Assembly: GCA_951406725.2 (NCBI GenBank)
Contig: OX597831.1
Span: forward strand, 12,338,001-12,402,000
Reading direction: 5' to 3'
Length of the DNA stretch: 64,000 bases
DNA from: Octopus vulgaris
Lineage: Eukaryota
Each line of letters starts with the position of its first letter. Within the stretch, counting starts at the first letter, position 1. The notes below the pieces were generated by a model, which did no database searches, had not been told where the DNA came from, and was given only the letters and a program-made list of their open reading frames with translations. Shown here piece by piece: positions 50,741 through 64,000 of this stretch. A program made the translations under genes and the position numbers.

Positions 50741-52262
50741 CATCTGACATTTTTATCTATTCAGAGTGATTGATAAAGCACATGTGAGGGCTGGTGACAG
50801 TAAGGGCATTTGGTCATAGAAAATGTTAATGATGACGATGATCATGTTGATAACATGAGAGAGAGAGATATCTTCAAGTGTTGACCTCATGCAATCAAGC
50901 TTGTCTTCATCTTTTAAAGGAACGCTTCATTTGTTATTTAATCTTCAAGAACTTATTCTCACACTGCTTGAAATCTTGAATGCTTGCATCCTTTTACATT
51001 CACCTGCTTTGCTCAATTACCTGTATTTCGCTCATTATCTGCATTGAAAAATCTCCTCCAATGTACAACTAATAAAAAAGCTTTTTCTAACAAGATGAGA
51101 AATGTTGATGCTATATTATCAACCACCATGAGATAATATTAAGCCGTCATTCCTTAATCACTTAACGGTAGCTGACAGTTTTCGTTCTATTTGATTCTCA
51201 TATTATAAAGACTCCAGGGTGAACATCAACTAGATTAGAAAACCTATTACAGGAATATTTAGAACCTAACTCATATAAGGAATTCCCTGAGCTGGTTTTG
51301 TAGAAAAAGATTCGTGCAGTATAGCTCTTTATGTTACTTCTATCATTTTCTATCTAATAAATAAACTTCCAATGGCATTCCTAAATAGATGAACATAGCC
51401 TTGTACCTTTCTGAAGTTGTTATTTAAACCCAGTGCAACCCTAATTGAGAAAACTTAAGATTAAAGGCATTGTAACTATGACCACGATATCCAAAATGCA
51501 TTTTTAACATCGTAGCATGTAAGCTGGGGGAGGGATTTGGCTGCTAATTCTAGCAAGTTGAGTGATGGAAAGAAGGGGCTGTTTTATACATTCCACTGAT
51601 CAAAAGGGGATAAAAAAATGAATACTGTATTTTCTGGCATACAAGTTGAATTTTCTTCAGACTAAAATTCATAGCCAAAAAGAAAAAAAAAGGTTGGTCG
51701 ACTTCTAAACCAAGATGACATTGGAGGACCAAAAATTCCATGTGAAATGCAGCAGGATTTGGAAGGACAACAGTAACGATGTTTGAATGTTTACACACCG
51801 TGTTTACACTACATACTATGTTGACTTGTATGCAAGAAAATACAGTACTGAGATTGATGTAATCAACCGTATCAAAGAAAGTAGTGTGCTAGCATAGACA
51901 CAGCCCAATGAATATAAATGTAAATAAAACAGAAAGAAATGCATTGGAATGCAATAACACATTTAGAAAATATTAAGATTATATTAACACATTTTAAAGG
52001 TGGTGGCCCTGTATGGACTTAACCAAAATGGTTTAAATGAAATAAAGAACTGCATAATACATAACTGAGTGTGTTATATTTGGTTTTGATAGTTTTGTCA
52101 TGAGACATAAGAGATATCTAATGAGAGGAAGTTACCACAATGTAATTAAATAATTTATCCTGTAGCAATGCAATTAGTGATTGAAATTAAAAATGTTAAT
52201 ATCAGTAGCAAAAATTTGAAACAGTTTCCATGTATAGGAACGCACACTTATATATAGATATA

Positions 52263-53132
52263 CAGACATACTCCACCCATGTCATTAATTGGTCCCAGGA
52301 GACACGACTTAAGTTGAATTTACTTGTCTCTAGGCTAAACCAATAATAACCATCCCCAGTTCTGTACTTTATTTATGAATGCATTTTCAGTAATACATGG
52401 TTAGTAAAATCCTATTTTAAGCTTACAAACGAATAATTTTTTCTTATTGATGACAGTGTTCTTCATCCTAGGGGCTTCAGATTTGATATGTGCTAAAATC
52501 TTGTCCTCATTATGTACAATCATCGATACAGCTGTCTGACTCATCCCAAACGATCATACAATTGCTACCACTTTTTCACCTTTTTCATGGCATTTTATCG
52601 TAGCCAGTTTATCTTCCAGCGTTATAGCATGACACTTAGTACTTACACTATGAATTTTCTTAGGAGCCATGGAGGCAAAAAATAAAGTCACAAATGAATG
52701 AGAATAAGAAAGTAGCTGATAAACAGATGTAAACAAATCTGAATTCAAAACAATTGTGGGAATTATGAGTGACAACGACGCCTAATGGTAGATATTGGAA
52801 CTACAGTGCAATATGAGCTCCGAAAGACCAATAAATAAGACAACACAGCAGATTTCATGATTTTGTTCACTAAGCTACACTACTTTATGGTGTGTATCCT
52901 AACATTTACTGTACATATTTTAATATGATTTTATATACTTTTATTCTTATTTATTGTACAGTAACAAGATTTTATGTGCTTTTAACAGTTTTTAAGTGAT
53001 TTTACGATTCCAATATTTGTGGTGAACAGATGTAAAGTTGAGCAAAATGACTTCACTTGATTTTTATTTTTCCATATATCATTTTTGAAAACTGACATAT
53101 AACCAAGAACGACTTAAGCCAAGGTATGCCTA
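52263..53132 (-). mobile_element. Tigger/pogo-derived internally deleted DNA transposon
   Basis: Degenerate CAGGCATACC-type TIRs with TA flanks. Minus-strand 52670-52424 encodes MAPKKIHSVSTKCHAITLEDKLATIKCHEKGEKVVAIV*SFGMSQTAVSMIVHNEDKILAHIKSEAP, a CENP-B/HTH-psq N-terminus. Confidence 0.8.
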
Positions 53133-53281
53133 TATATATATATATATATATACATATCTTTCTGTCTATCTGTATGCATGTATGTATACACACACAGAGT
53201 ATCTATGAAAGTATAGGTCAGAAAACCTATGTACTCATATATTTGCCAATAGAGTGCCTATATTAATCAAAGTATACTGTA

Positions 53282-53534
53282 TTATAAAACCATTTCAACC
53301 AATATTACCAATCGGTTTCACACTTGATATTAGACAACCAGATGTTAGGTAAAATAGCATGGTTAACTGGCACTACATGCTCTTCAGAGATGGCAGGTAT
53401 GGGAAAAAAATCTGATGACTGCTGCCATATCTTAAAGGCATGTAGTATGAGTTAACTGCTCTATTATCTAATATCTGGTTATCTAATACCCAGTGTAAAA
53501 CTAACTGGTATGATCAGCTGAAATGGATTTAGAA
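53282..53534. mobile_element. Old foldback MITE, ~115 bp imperfect arms
   Basis: 53282-53396 aligns with the reverse complement of 53422-53534 along its whole length; 25-nt loop. Confidence 0.7.
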
Positions 53535-53583
53535 TTCTATATACATCAATGTGAGAGTGTGTGTGTGTATGTATACACACATA

Positions 53584-53635
<52 letters not shown>

Positions 53636-53636
<1 letters not shown>

Positions 53637-53920
53637 CGTCGCCTTACTGGCACCTGTGCTGGTGGCATGTGTAAAAAGATTTGAGTGAGGTCGTTGCCAG
53701 TACCGCCTGACTGGCCCCCATGCCGGTGGCATGTAAAAAGCACCCACTACACTCTCGGAGTGGTTGGTGTTAGGAAGGGCATCCTGCTCTAGAAACTCTG
53801 CCAAATCAAGATTGGAGCCTGGTGCAGCCATCTGGTTCGCCAGCCCTCGGTCAAAATCGTCCAACCCATGCTAGCATGGAAAGCGGACATTAAACGATGA
53901 TGATGATGATGATGATGATG
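53636..53920 (+). mobile_element. Family C copy, 5'-truncated
   Basis: High identity to 12680-12949. Confidence 0.85.
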
Positions 53921-54185
53921 ATATATATATATATATACATATATATAATAATATATTTATATGTGCACACACACACACACACACATACAAGTGAGAGAGA
54001 GAGAGAGAGAGAGAGAGACGAGAGCATGTGTGGGTTTGTGTGTACATACACAAAACCAAACGTTTAGAACACCCAGGTTTCTTGAGTGGTCATCCATGTA
54101 GTGACTGACTACATTTCACATTGTTTAACCTTTGTGATCAAATGAACAGAGCATTTTTGTGTTTATATACAAACATTTGTATTTG

Positions 54186-54376
54186 CAGGTGGCACGTAAA
54201 AAACACCCACTACACTCGCGGAGTGGTTGGCGTTAGGAAGGGCATCCAGCCGTAGAAACACTGCCAGATCTGACTGGGCCTGACGAAGCCTTCCAGCTTC
54301 ACAGACCCCCAGTTGACCCGTCCAACCCATGCTAGCATGGAAAGCGGACGCTAAACGATGATGATGATGATGATGA
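54186..54376 (+). mobile_element. Family C copy, short and CpG-intact
   Basis: Same motifs and (GAT)n tail. Further fragments at ~4560-4780 (-), 11670-11900 (-), 29540-29890, 31455-31670 and 38665-38860. Confidence 0.85.
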
Positions 54377-54653
54377 TTTATGAATGAATATATATTTGTT
54401 AGTGTAAGTATGATGAGCATATATTTATGCACCTGCATGCATGATGTATACGTGTGTGTCTACATATAAACACACACACATATTAAAGTAAATATGATCA
54501 TTCTAATATATACAGTATGTTCTTACGCCAAGCTTATATATAAACAATGTAACATTCAACTGGAGGATAATTCAATATCTTTTAACTTTCATGCGGAAAA
54601 GGTGGACACTGACATTAATGTTTTGGTTTGCTTGCCTTCAGCTATACACATAC

Positions 54654-54715
<62 letters not shown>

Positions 54716-55364
54716 ATGTACACATACACACACACAAGCACACATATGTAATATGAAAAGAAATGTTGAAAATGCACACGGTGTCTTTAAAAAGTGTAAT
54801 TTACATTTACTTAACCAGCTTCACAATTTTATGATTTTCAAAAGTAGGTAGAGATAGAAGAACCAACTCAAGACTCTTCCATTACACATTGCTTTTGAAA
54901 AGAATAAAAAAAAAAAGAAAAAACATTAAATTCTGAAACTGGTTATGTACATGTAAATAACTCTTTTTAATATGGACTGCGAGAGCTTTTAAACATTTCT
55001 TTTCTTCATACTTCTGCTCAGGTGAAAAAGAAAAACAAAGTATTTTTGTATATATATATATAAATGTATGTTTGTATGTATGTATGTAATGTATGCCTGT
55101 ATGTATATATGCATGTATGTATATGCACACATACTGTGATCTTATACAAGAGGCCGAGAGTTGATACATGTATATATATTTAATTTAATTTAATTTAATG
55201 TAATTTAATTGTTCTTTTTGAATTGATAAAGGTGGTTTTTTTCTAATTTTTATATATATATATATTATATTTTATGAAATTTGATTTAGTATTTCTAAAT
55301 TGAATTTTGCCCTGTAAGTTAGGAATAATATTCCCTGAAATAATTATTTTATATATATACATAT

Positions 55365-55520
55365 ATGGGGCTGGCCGGATCGGACCGATATCAGGATTAA
55401 TCAGCCGAAATTGCTAAGATGATCCGGTTCCTGACTGAAGATTAGAGGCTTCGAATGACCTGTCTGTTTTTTTGTGTCGTCTCTTTGTGTTGTTTGCGTT
55501 CTTGTCCCCTTTTGTAAATT
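55365..55520 (+). mobile_element. Penelope-like remnant with a 5'-truncated hammerhead-like stem II + GAAA
   Basis: (at)atgg-GGCTG...CAGCC-GAAA-ttgcta. The block is CpG-rich and sits between (TA)n tracts; the CUGA part is missing. Confidence 0.3.
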
Positions 55521-55529
55521 TTATATATA

Positions 55530-55584
<55 letters not shown>

Positions 55585-55700
55585 TGGGTATCTCTGGTTT
55601 CTCTCTCTCTCATGCACATGCTGTTTGACAACAGGTTTTGGTTAGTTTGTTTACATCCTCGAAAATTAGTGTATGCGTATATGTATAACTGGAAGTATGA

Positions 55701-56211
55701 TAGTTTTTTTGATTTTCCGATTGCATGCAAATGGTTGCAGGCAGCTTTCTGGCTAACATGAAGTTCTTTTGCCAGTTCTCAAGAGGTTTTACATGGATCT
55801 TTCTCAATGATGCTCTTTAATTGACCGTCATTGATGGGCGTCCACTATGATCAATCTGCAAGGCTCAGGTCTCCACTGCAAAATCATTTAAACCATTTTC
55901 GAACTGACCACTCACTGGTCATTTCCTCACCAAACGTTTCATTGATATCGCGAGCAGTTTCAGCTGCTTTACGTCCTTTTTTGAAGTTGAATAGCAAAAT
56001 TGCTTGAATATCACACTTTGACTGTTCCATTTCAGATGATTGTAACAACAGTGAAAAAAAATATCAATGTTAATTTATTGATGCATTTGGGCAAGTCTAT
56101 GTCTGTATTATCAGACAAATGCAAAATATGTTTAAAAAATATTCAAAACTGCAAAAATCCAGTACAAATTCTTCATGGTTCAAAACGTTGCTTACTTTTT
56201 ACTCAGCCTGA
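55701..56211 (-). mobile_element. Mariner transposon 5' fragment (different family), pseudogenised
   Basis: TIR TA|TCAGGCTGAGTAAAAAGTAAGCAAC. From ATG 56030: MEQSKCDIQAILLFNFKKGRKAAETARDINETFGEEMTSEWSVRKWFK*FCSGDLSL..HSGRP..ELAKELHVSQKAACNHLHAIGKSKKL, with frameshifts. Confidence 0.9.
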
Positions 56212-56700
56212 TATATATATATATATATATATGAAGGTTCATGGTTTAGTGGTTAGTGTACTAAACTCAAGATTGTGAGATCGTGGACTCGATTCTCAGA
56301 CTGGGCGGCATGTTGTGCTCTGGAGCAAAACACTTCATTTCACATTTTTCTGTGATCATTTAGACACCTAACATGTGGCACCCAGTTGTACCTGTACAGG
56401 TAATGTCGATTTGAACGAGGGAGTGGGCTCATGTCTACACAAACATTTGATCACTATAAGCAAACCATCTGTGTGGTTGTTCAGAAATTGCTGAACCCTC
56501 ATACGTCATCTAATGACAGGAGAGTCCATTATATATATATATACAGTTCAATTAAAGTCTAAAAACCTCATTAAGGGATAATAAAATTCAATGTATATAC
56601 GGGTTTATTGCCTATTACAAAAAAATATCGGCTATTACATTAATATTCAACTGTAAGGTAAATTGGATAAACTTGGATTTATGTGTACTTTTAAGAAAAT

Positions 56701-56789
56701 AAGAAAATAGAGATAATTAAATTAAAAATTATTTATGTTCAATTTTGTAATTAATAAATAATTATTTATTTAATTATCTCTATTTTCTT
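56701..56789. repeat. Inverted repeat, perfect 20-bp arms
   Basis: AAGAAAATAGAGATAATTAA (56701-56720) and TTAATTATCTCTATTTTCTT (56770-56789), with further imperfect pairing inside. Confidence 0.75.
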
Positions 56790-56957
56790 CAAAAGACGAA
56801 GACAGGTGGTGTAGACAACAAAGAGATGGATTAGTATAATGCTTGGGAAGTGAAAAAGTCTTTAACATTTTGAGCTTACACTCTTCCACAGAAAAAAACA
56901 GAAAGAAACAAAGAGAGAAAATAAAGAATGTGTAATGGCTAGCGATCTATCATGGTG
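56790..56957 (-). mobile_element. Penelope-like remnant with a dead hammerhead (56861-56894)
   Basis: The reverse complement reads TTT-CTGTGGA-A-GAGT-GTAA-GCTC-AAAA-TGTT-AAA, the same layout as 41943-41977 but with core substitutions. Confidence 0.4.
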
Positions 56958-57135
56958 ATCTATGTATGCATGTATGTATGTATGTATGTATGTATGTATG
57001 TATGTATCTATCTATATATCTATCTATATATATATATACATGTATATACATACATGAAATACAGAATCCAGGAAGTAATCAGAACTCTAGCCAACCAATG
57101 ACTATTTGACACACAAATGGTCATGATACATCAAT

Positions 57136-57175
<40 letters not shown>

Positions 57176-57176
57176 C

Positions 57177-57208
<32 letters not shown>

Positions 57209-58156
57209 ATATATAAATCTATGCTAAAACATTATTTGTTGTTTGCGTGGTGCATGATGAGATATACATTGTTGCACATCCTGTTCACTTATGGAAAAGG
57301 AACTGGCAATTATTCAATATGGTGCCATGCATCCTGTTAAAATTTTGGTAAACAACTCTTTTGATAGATTTCATCAATGGGTATTATTGTTCCAAAAATG
57401 GCACTACCTACTTGTCAAATGATAGTGTAAGGGCATGAATATTCATTGACACCTGTACTTTTTACAATAATTCAGAGTATGAAAAGGCTGTCCCTTGTCA
57501 AAGAACAGTTCCAGGTGTTCTTCTGTTATAGTGTAAGAGGTTCATTAATAGGACAGGCACGTGTATCTTCAATGTAATTTTCAGTTTAAATGTATGTGAG
57601 ACTCTGAAACATGACCATCTCTTTGAATTATAAATTCCAAATGGGCTTCTGTAATGTTTTTTCTTTCTCTCTACTTGCCTGCTTCTCAGCTCTGTCCATC
57701 CATCAATTCCATCTGTAGCTCTTTCCGTCTGTTTTTCTTTCTTTCTATCTATTTGTCTGTTTGTCTGTCTGTCTATCAACCTCCCTAAATGGGCATAACA
57801 CACACATACACATGCACTTTCAGTCTCTGAACCATGGCCATGCCAGGGTCCTGGATTCATAGGTTTAGATGGACAAATGAAGCCTGCTCCTTAATTGTTA
57901 AAAAGTCTGGTACTTAATCTACAATCTCTTTTACAGAATGCTAAGTTATGGGGTTGTAAAGAAACCATTACCAATTCTCAAGCAGTGGGGCCACAAAGGC
58001 ACTGCATACCTCTTATTGATCAAATTGACTTGCAATGCATTGGTTGGCCCAGGGCTATCATAGAAAACTCTTGTCTAAGGTGCTGTGTAGTGGCACTGGA
58101 CCAAAAACCTAGAGGCTGCAAAGCAAGTTTCTAAACCACACAGCCATGCCTACACC

Positions 58157-58194
<38 letters not shown>

Positions 58195-60012
58195 ATACAG
58201 AAGTGTATACTGGCTCTCCTGAGCTACAACAGAGTATCAAAGTATTATATATCTGTTGATAAAATATGAATTGTGTAAATATTGATATATGGTATTGTAT
58301 AAATATTAGTATACCCACTTTATTGACAAACCTAACATTCTAGAGATGTAGGGCTACATCCGCTGCTGGATACCCTCTGCCATCACATTTTGGACTATTG
58401 CTGTATTCTAGCCTGCATCCACTGGATGTTGCAGTCACTTTGATGAGAAATCCCAGTTGTATAAAGGTTAAGTTATACCTTCTGTAGCTCACTTTCATTC
58501 TTCATTGCCAAAATCTAATTGAAATTCTTTTTAAGTGCTTCTGATAATGCTTTGAGGTTCTGGTCCTCTTTCTTCGAGATATTGAGAGCTGCTAATTCAT
58601 GAGATCATTATTAGGCAGATTTGCCTTTAAGTGAAACTAAAGTAGAAGAAATATGCTGAAGGTAGTGCACCGTGAGATTGAACCTATGAGCTCAGGAGTG
58701 TGAAGCAAACTTCTTAGCCATCTCATTATGCCTTCCCCTAGTCATGCACACAAACAGTATGACTGACTAACAATGCAGGTGGAATTTCCTATCTGATACT
58801 AGACTAAGAGAAGCACAATTAAACATTACTTGGTCCTCAGGTGTTGTTAGGGGACTCAACTCAATTGCAAACTTCAGACCAGGCCCTCATTTTTGGGTTT
58901 ACTTAATGTGTTGATGTGCTTCTCCTGTTGTAGTAACCCATGAGACATGCTCCCTTCTTCCTTCCCCATCCAACTCTACTATCATTAGAGGCCCTGCAGA
59001 GGGCCGATGGCTTTGTTCTTCCTCTTCTGAGTATGCCATAAATAAAAACATAAATGCTGCAGCAATGTTTTTGATCAAATTAAGAAAATGGCTACTGTTG
59101 TAGGGGATGATGTTCATGTGTGTGTGTGCAAGTATGTGCTAGTGTGAATATGATAACAAAAAGAAGCTAATCATAATTTTCATCATGAAAAATTCCCCAA
59201 AAAAACAATAATGATCTTAGAGGATCAATGATATTCTCCAAAGGGGTTGTCAGATTTCATCTGATCAATTTCACTCAAAATAAATTTTAACCTACCAGAA
59301 AAATTTAATTACAGAATCTGTGAAAAAATAGTTGTAACGATAATAGAATTATTAGCATGGTTCTAAAGAAATAAAAGAAAAGTGACAAAACTAAAGTTTC
59401 TCACGAAATGGCACAGAAAGCAACATAAACAGATACACATACATACATACTCATGTATTACACATACATGAATTCCAATTACTCAGGGTCAATGACTCTC
59501 TCTGCCCTTCACTGTAGAGTTCACCTGCTGTCTGTATCACACATGAAATTTCTAAAATCGCCATTAGCTATTTCATTATCTCACTTCCTGCATGAGATAC
59601 ATCTGTCTTATTTTAATTCAGGACTTCAATTTACAGAAAACCTCTTGGCTATTATACTACTCTCACACCAATGCTGACTGCACAGAGGCCCCACCATGCC
59701 CCATCCTAAACAGTCAGCAGCACCAGTTTGTGTCCACACTTACTGTTATCCATGATAGTTACTATTGTCTTCAATACTCTCAGAGTTTTCTTTTCATTTA
59801 TTTATTTTGCTCCCAAAGTCCAGTCTTTACCCTGGCATCACTTTCTCAGTGGATGAAAAAAAATTATTTTCATATTTTATTCATTGGATGGGTGGTGCCC
59901 ATGGCTATTTGGTTGCTCTCTGAGACAGCTGGAAAGGAAGTACTGTATTTTCCAACTAAGAACTCAAACGTTTTCTTATCAAAATTTACAACCAAAAGAG
60001 ACAAATTGACTT

Positions 60013-60139
60013 AAACACGAAAATGACTTTGGAAGACCAAAAATTCCATGTGAGATGCAGAAGAATCTGGAAAGACAGTGATGATGTTTGAATGGTTACA
60101 CTATATATCACATTGACATGTATGTTGGAAAATATGGTA
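60013..60139. mobile_element. End of a Tc2/pogo-like DNA element; second copy at 51706-51847
   Basis: Both share GACCAAAAATTCCATGTGARATGCAG...GATGTTTGAATG and end in GAAAATAYRG|TA. Confidence 0.4.
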
Positions 60140-60349
60140 TGTTTCGCATAAACAGAACATATTTAAATGCGTGTAACATAGTTTAAAGTGATATTAATAG
60201 ATATTTCTGCTGCATTTCTTCTTTTTGATCTCTTTGCTGTCATTGTTTTCATTTGCAATATTACTGCCAAGATAGCAACACTAAAGAATCACTTTGTCTG
60301 TTTGATTATCAATTATTATAATATTACCTTGGTAGTATTCCTGAGATAA

Positions 60350-62410
60350 TTATTAACTCAGATTTGTCAAAATTAATGAATAAACTATATTCTTCAGCAT
60401 ATTTCTGGAACTTTCTTTATCACAACCCTCAATTCTAAATAACCAGCAATTAAGACTGTCTCATATCCTGAACTGGCGACAATTATTCTACCTACTGTAA
60501 CTGTACCATCAAAATTCTCAACAGCCTTCCTCATTCTGCCTAGATGTTAAACAGGAAAGTACAAAAGACACAGCTTTGTCATTCCACTTGCTTAATCTCA
60601 GACAACACAGTCAACAGTCATAGTTTACCGTGAATAAAATCATTTCAATAATTCTATAAAATGTTGAACAAATCCCATTCTTGTCATCTCTGACCATAAT
60701 TTGTCATAAATAACTGCATCAAAAGCTTTTTCATAGTCAATAGAAGCAATAAATAAGTCTTCATCATGTTCTCTAATTGTCTCAGTAACTAACTTCAGCT
60801 TGACAATAGCATCCTTTGTACCTCTTTCAGTTCTATAACCAATTTGTTCCATTCCGTATTTGACTTTAATTCTATTAGCAATGATACTAAGTAGGATTTT
60901 ACCAGCATAAATCATCAGCATAATTGCTCTGTTGTCTTTACATTGCATCGTAGACACAGTATGACTGACTGGCTAAAAGTTTGCCTTGCATTCATGAGAT
61001 CTTGTGTGGCTTCTTGAGCAAGTGTCATTTTCTATAGCTTCAGGTTGACCCATATCTTTAGTAAAATTGAGTATGTGGAAACACCATCACCATCACCACC
61101 ATCGTTATCACTTAATGCTCACTTTTCCATGCTTGCAAGGGTCAGACGAAATTTGTTGAGACATATTTTCTACTGTTGGGTGCCCTTCCTGTTTCCAAAC
61201 AAGGTAATTCCCCACTTAGCCAGACATGTTTTTCATGGAATACTGGAAAGGAACAACATCGCTTGCATGACAGTGATGCTTGTTTACAGCCCTCACATGA
61301 TGACAAGACAAGGGTACACACAAACGCACACACATATATATCTGCAGATGGTATGAAATAATACCTGGTCCATACTATAAAGTGGTTGGTGTTAGGAAGG
61401 GCATCCACCCATAATAATCATGCCAAAGCAAACACTCGAGCTTCATGCAGTTCTTGAACACACTGGATCTTGGCCAGCCCTGGGCTATGGTAGAAAGGTG
61501 CTGCACAATAGGACTGAACCCAAATTTACATGGCTAGGAAGCGAGCTTCTTTACCACACAGCTGCACCTCAAAATGTGCCTGTAATTCTAAGGTTCAGCT
61601 GTCACACTGATTCTACCAAAGAATTACATTTATAGTACATTTGGCTGTGGAGTACTCAGCCACTCACACACTAATTCCATAGATCCAGTAGCTCGGTTGA
61701 TTGGACACCTAAATGCTCCAGATTGGAAATTCTGACTGAGATACTTATTTTTCTTTTTAGTTTTTATGAGACTGTTTTCTTTTCTTTCTTTTTTCCATCT
61801 TTTTTTAATGATAGTATGAAAACTGATTTAACCCAATCATTTAGTCATAATTTTAAGTTCCATATTTTTGTGCACAGATAGTGTAAAAATTTCAATGAGG
61901 CTTTTTTTCATAATTTTCCCAAAGTTCTATGAAATTTGTTGCAGGAGATTTTGATTTTTTTAAAAACATTTCCTTTCTTTCTATCTGTTTTTCTTTTTCT
62001 TTTAGACATTATTAGAAGTGTTCTTTCTCTTATGCAATTCTGACTTTGATAATTTTGATAACTTTCTATTTGATTAACATCTGTTGAATTTTTCTATAAG
62101 CTCTTGTAATATTCTCTCCAAATTTCCTTTATATCTTTCCATTCATAAAGCATATTACAATCTTTGTCTTTGATAAAAATCTTTTCTTGGTGCAAATTTC
62201 CTTCTTATTAGTTTCATGCTTTGTGAATATCTCTAATGGTATGTGTTAGTGAATCCTTTTCAATCTCCTCAAAAATTTCATTGATGTTTTCCCCCTTGAT
62301 ATTTTTCCGTCATGGTTTCAATTTCATGACTTGCCTGTTGACACTTTTCTTTGGCTCCAGATGATGCCATATCACTGGTTTTTACAGATCTCCTGTCTTC
62401 AGTTTTATAT
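60350..62410 (-). mobile_element. Decayed RTE-clade LINE (linker + reverse transcriptase), interrupted by a SINE cluster at ~60960-61740
   Basis: 60640-60957 encodes NRAIMLMIYAGKILLSIIANRIK..EQIGYRTERGTKDAIVKLK..LFIASIDYEKAFDAVIYDKLWSEMTRMG (RT domains). Downstream MRKAVENFDGTVTVGR; upstream KSP...ELW remnants. Confidence 0.85.
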
Positions 62411-62509
62411 AATACCACATCTGTTGTGTGGCAGATTTAATCTACTGCCTAACTTAACATCCCACATCTGATACCTTCAGAGACTTCAGTTGGAGCCCAT
62501 CCAAGTATA

Positions 62510-63416
62510 AGCCCATGGACATCAATGAGACCCACAAAGCAAGATGGGGTACTACATACATATAGTCAGATTTCAATAAAATCTTTGCAGCAAGTGAGCC
62601 GTGAAATAGGAATTTCAAAATGAATCATCCATTGCATTTTGAAGTAGTGTCATTAGAAAAGTTAGATTCAAAGAATAATCCATAATCTAATCAGAGATGA
62701 TCCAGATCAAAAAGTGACATTTAGTGAATGGTACTGGGCAAGATGTGTAGAAGGAACACACTATCCAACAAAGATTGGAGTGTGAGGTTATATATAAAGT
62801 AAATGGTTCAATTAACCACCATAACTGCATCTACATTGGACTGAGAATCCACATGTTAAGGAGGAACATGATGGTAATTTACTAAGAGTTACAGTATGGT
62901 GTAGTTTATCATCAAAAGAATTATTTGAACCATTTACTTGAACATGCTGCAACAATCTGTTATGCCAAGCATTGAAGAGGACTTGAAGATGAGGGTTCCC
63001 ACATCACCATAGTTAATGTAAGGGCCTTGATGAAATTTTGTCAAACAGGAGGATTGGATGAAGGGGTTCAGTAGAATATCCTTTAGGTTTACTGAGACCT
63101 TACACCACTAGTCTTATTTTTTTTATGGGGATACTTAAAAGATTAAGTTTACAGTACAAAACCAGCAACAGACAATGAATTAAGGGCAGTCATTGAAGAG
63201 GATGCACACAAAAACCAAACGAAATGCTTCATGACATTTGTGATTCCATTGCTTTACATTCTCTGTAGTGCATAGACCAGAGAAATCATCAAATTGAAAA
63301 AGGGATTCATTAAAAAATTGACGTAGATTCCATTGAATTTGGAAAACGAAATGTATTTTAATAAACAGTGACTTTATAATTATTCAATGTGCAATACATT
63401 TTGGCGGGAGACCCTG
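62510..63416 (+). mobile_element. Decayed Tc1/Tc3-like transposon (DDE transposase pseudogene) with 3' TIR
   Basis: Broken frames give KSLQQVSREIGISK, DDPDQ..FSEWY, NGSINHHNCIY..ENPHV, VTVWCSLSSKELFEPF and DLTPL..F.WGYLKD*VYSTKPAT. Ends ...GAGACCCTG|TA. Confidence 0.8.
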
Positions 63417-64000
63417 TATCTAGAAATATATATATATATATATGCAGCTAATGATATATGTTTCTTTTGGAACAGCAATCCCAATTAGTCTATAAAAATT
63501 GTAACCAATGTTTATAGACTTTTGGGGTCTTATTCTCTGGCTGAAGTGGTCTATTGGTCACATTTGTTACTATTGTCTATCTTTATTATCAATTTTACAG
63601 TAGGCAAGAATCGTGAGAATAATGTTACATGCTTGTTTATCGTATCATTCGACATTTTTCAGCAATTATTTATTTACTTATCTTTTTTTTTACTTAAAAT
63701 TTTTTTTTTTCCTATCCAGAATAAACCCAGGAATATTTATTGTTCTGAACAAAATATAATAACTAATAAGGATAAATGAAAAATTCTTTGTAGGATAAAG
63801 AAAAACATAAATAAAACATCTTTTGTATATAATTGTGCTTTTGGTAAAAGATGACTAACAGAAAATGCTGTCTGTAATTACATAAACATAAAATTGGGCA
63901 ACAGTAGAGCGAAAAATGAAAAATGTTCTATAGATTTCCATAAAAACAAATAAACTGATCTAGTGCCAAATAAACTCAGGAATTCTGGATACAGCAAAAA

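Overview
AT-rich, repeat-saturated animal genomic DNA. The SINE families and microsatellite style point to an octopus or related coleoid cephalopod; this is recognised from memory, not searched. The whole 64 kb appears to lie inside one minus-strand gene, a type IV diacylglycerol kinase (DGKZ/DGKI/Drosophila rdgA-like). Only two small phase-0 coding exons are visible, both missed by the ORF track: 46815-46889 (KSGPRKKCVACKIVAHKECMGILEK) and 10545-10601 (KNMRCKPTFREAGVRNYRE), separated by a ~36.2 kb GT-AG intron. The introns are filled with several tRNA-derived SINE families, (GAT)n-tailed RTE-type 3' ends, decayed RTE and R4/Dong-like LINE fragments, mariner/Tc1/Tigger/piggyBac/hAT remnants, foldback elements and microsatellites. 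The most notable non-gene signal is a set of minimal type I hammerhead-ribozyme motifs in Penelope-like inverted-repeat remnants beside (TA)n tracts. Three different families cluster at 41.15-42.04 kb, and the copy at 41624-41667 (+) keeps an apparently complete catalytic core. Most ORFs in the supplied track are artefacts of SINEs and microsatellites. Repeat boundaries are approximate.
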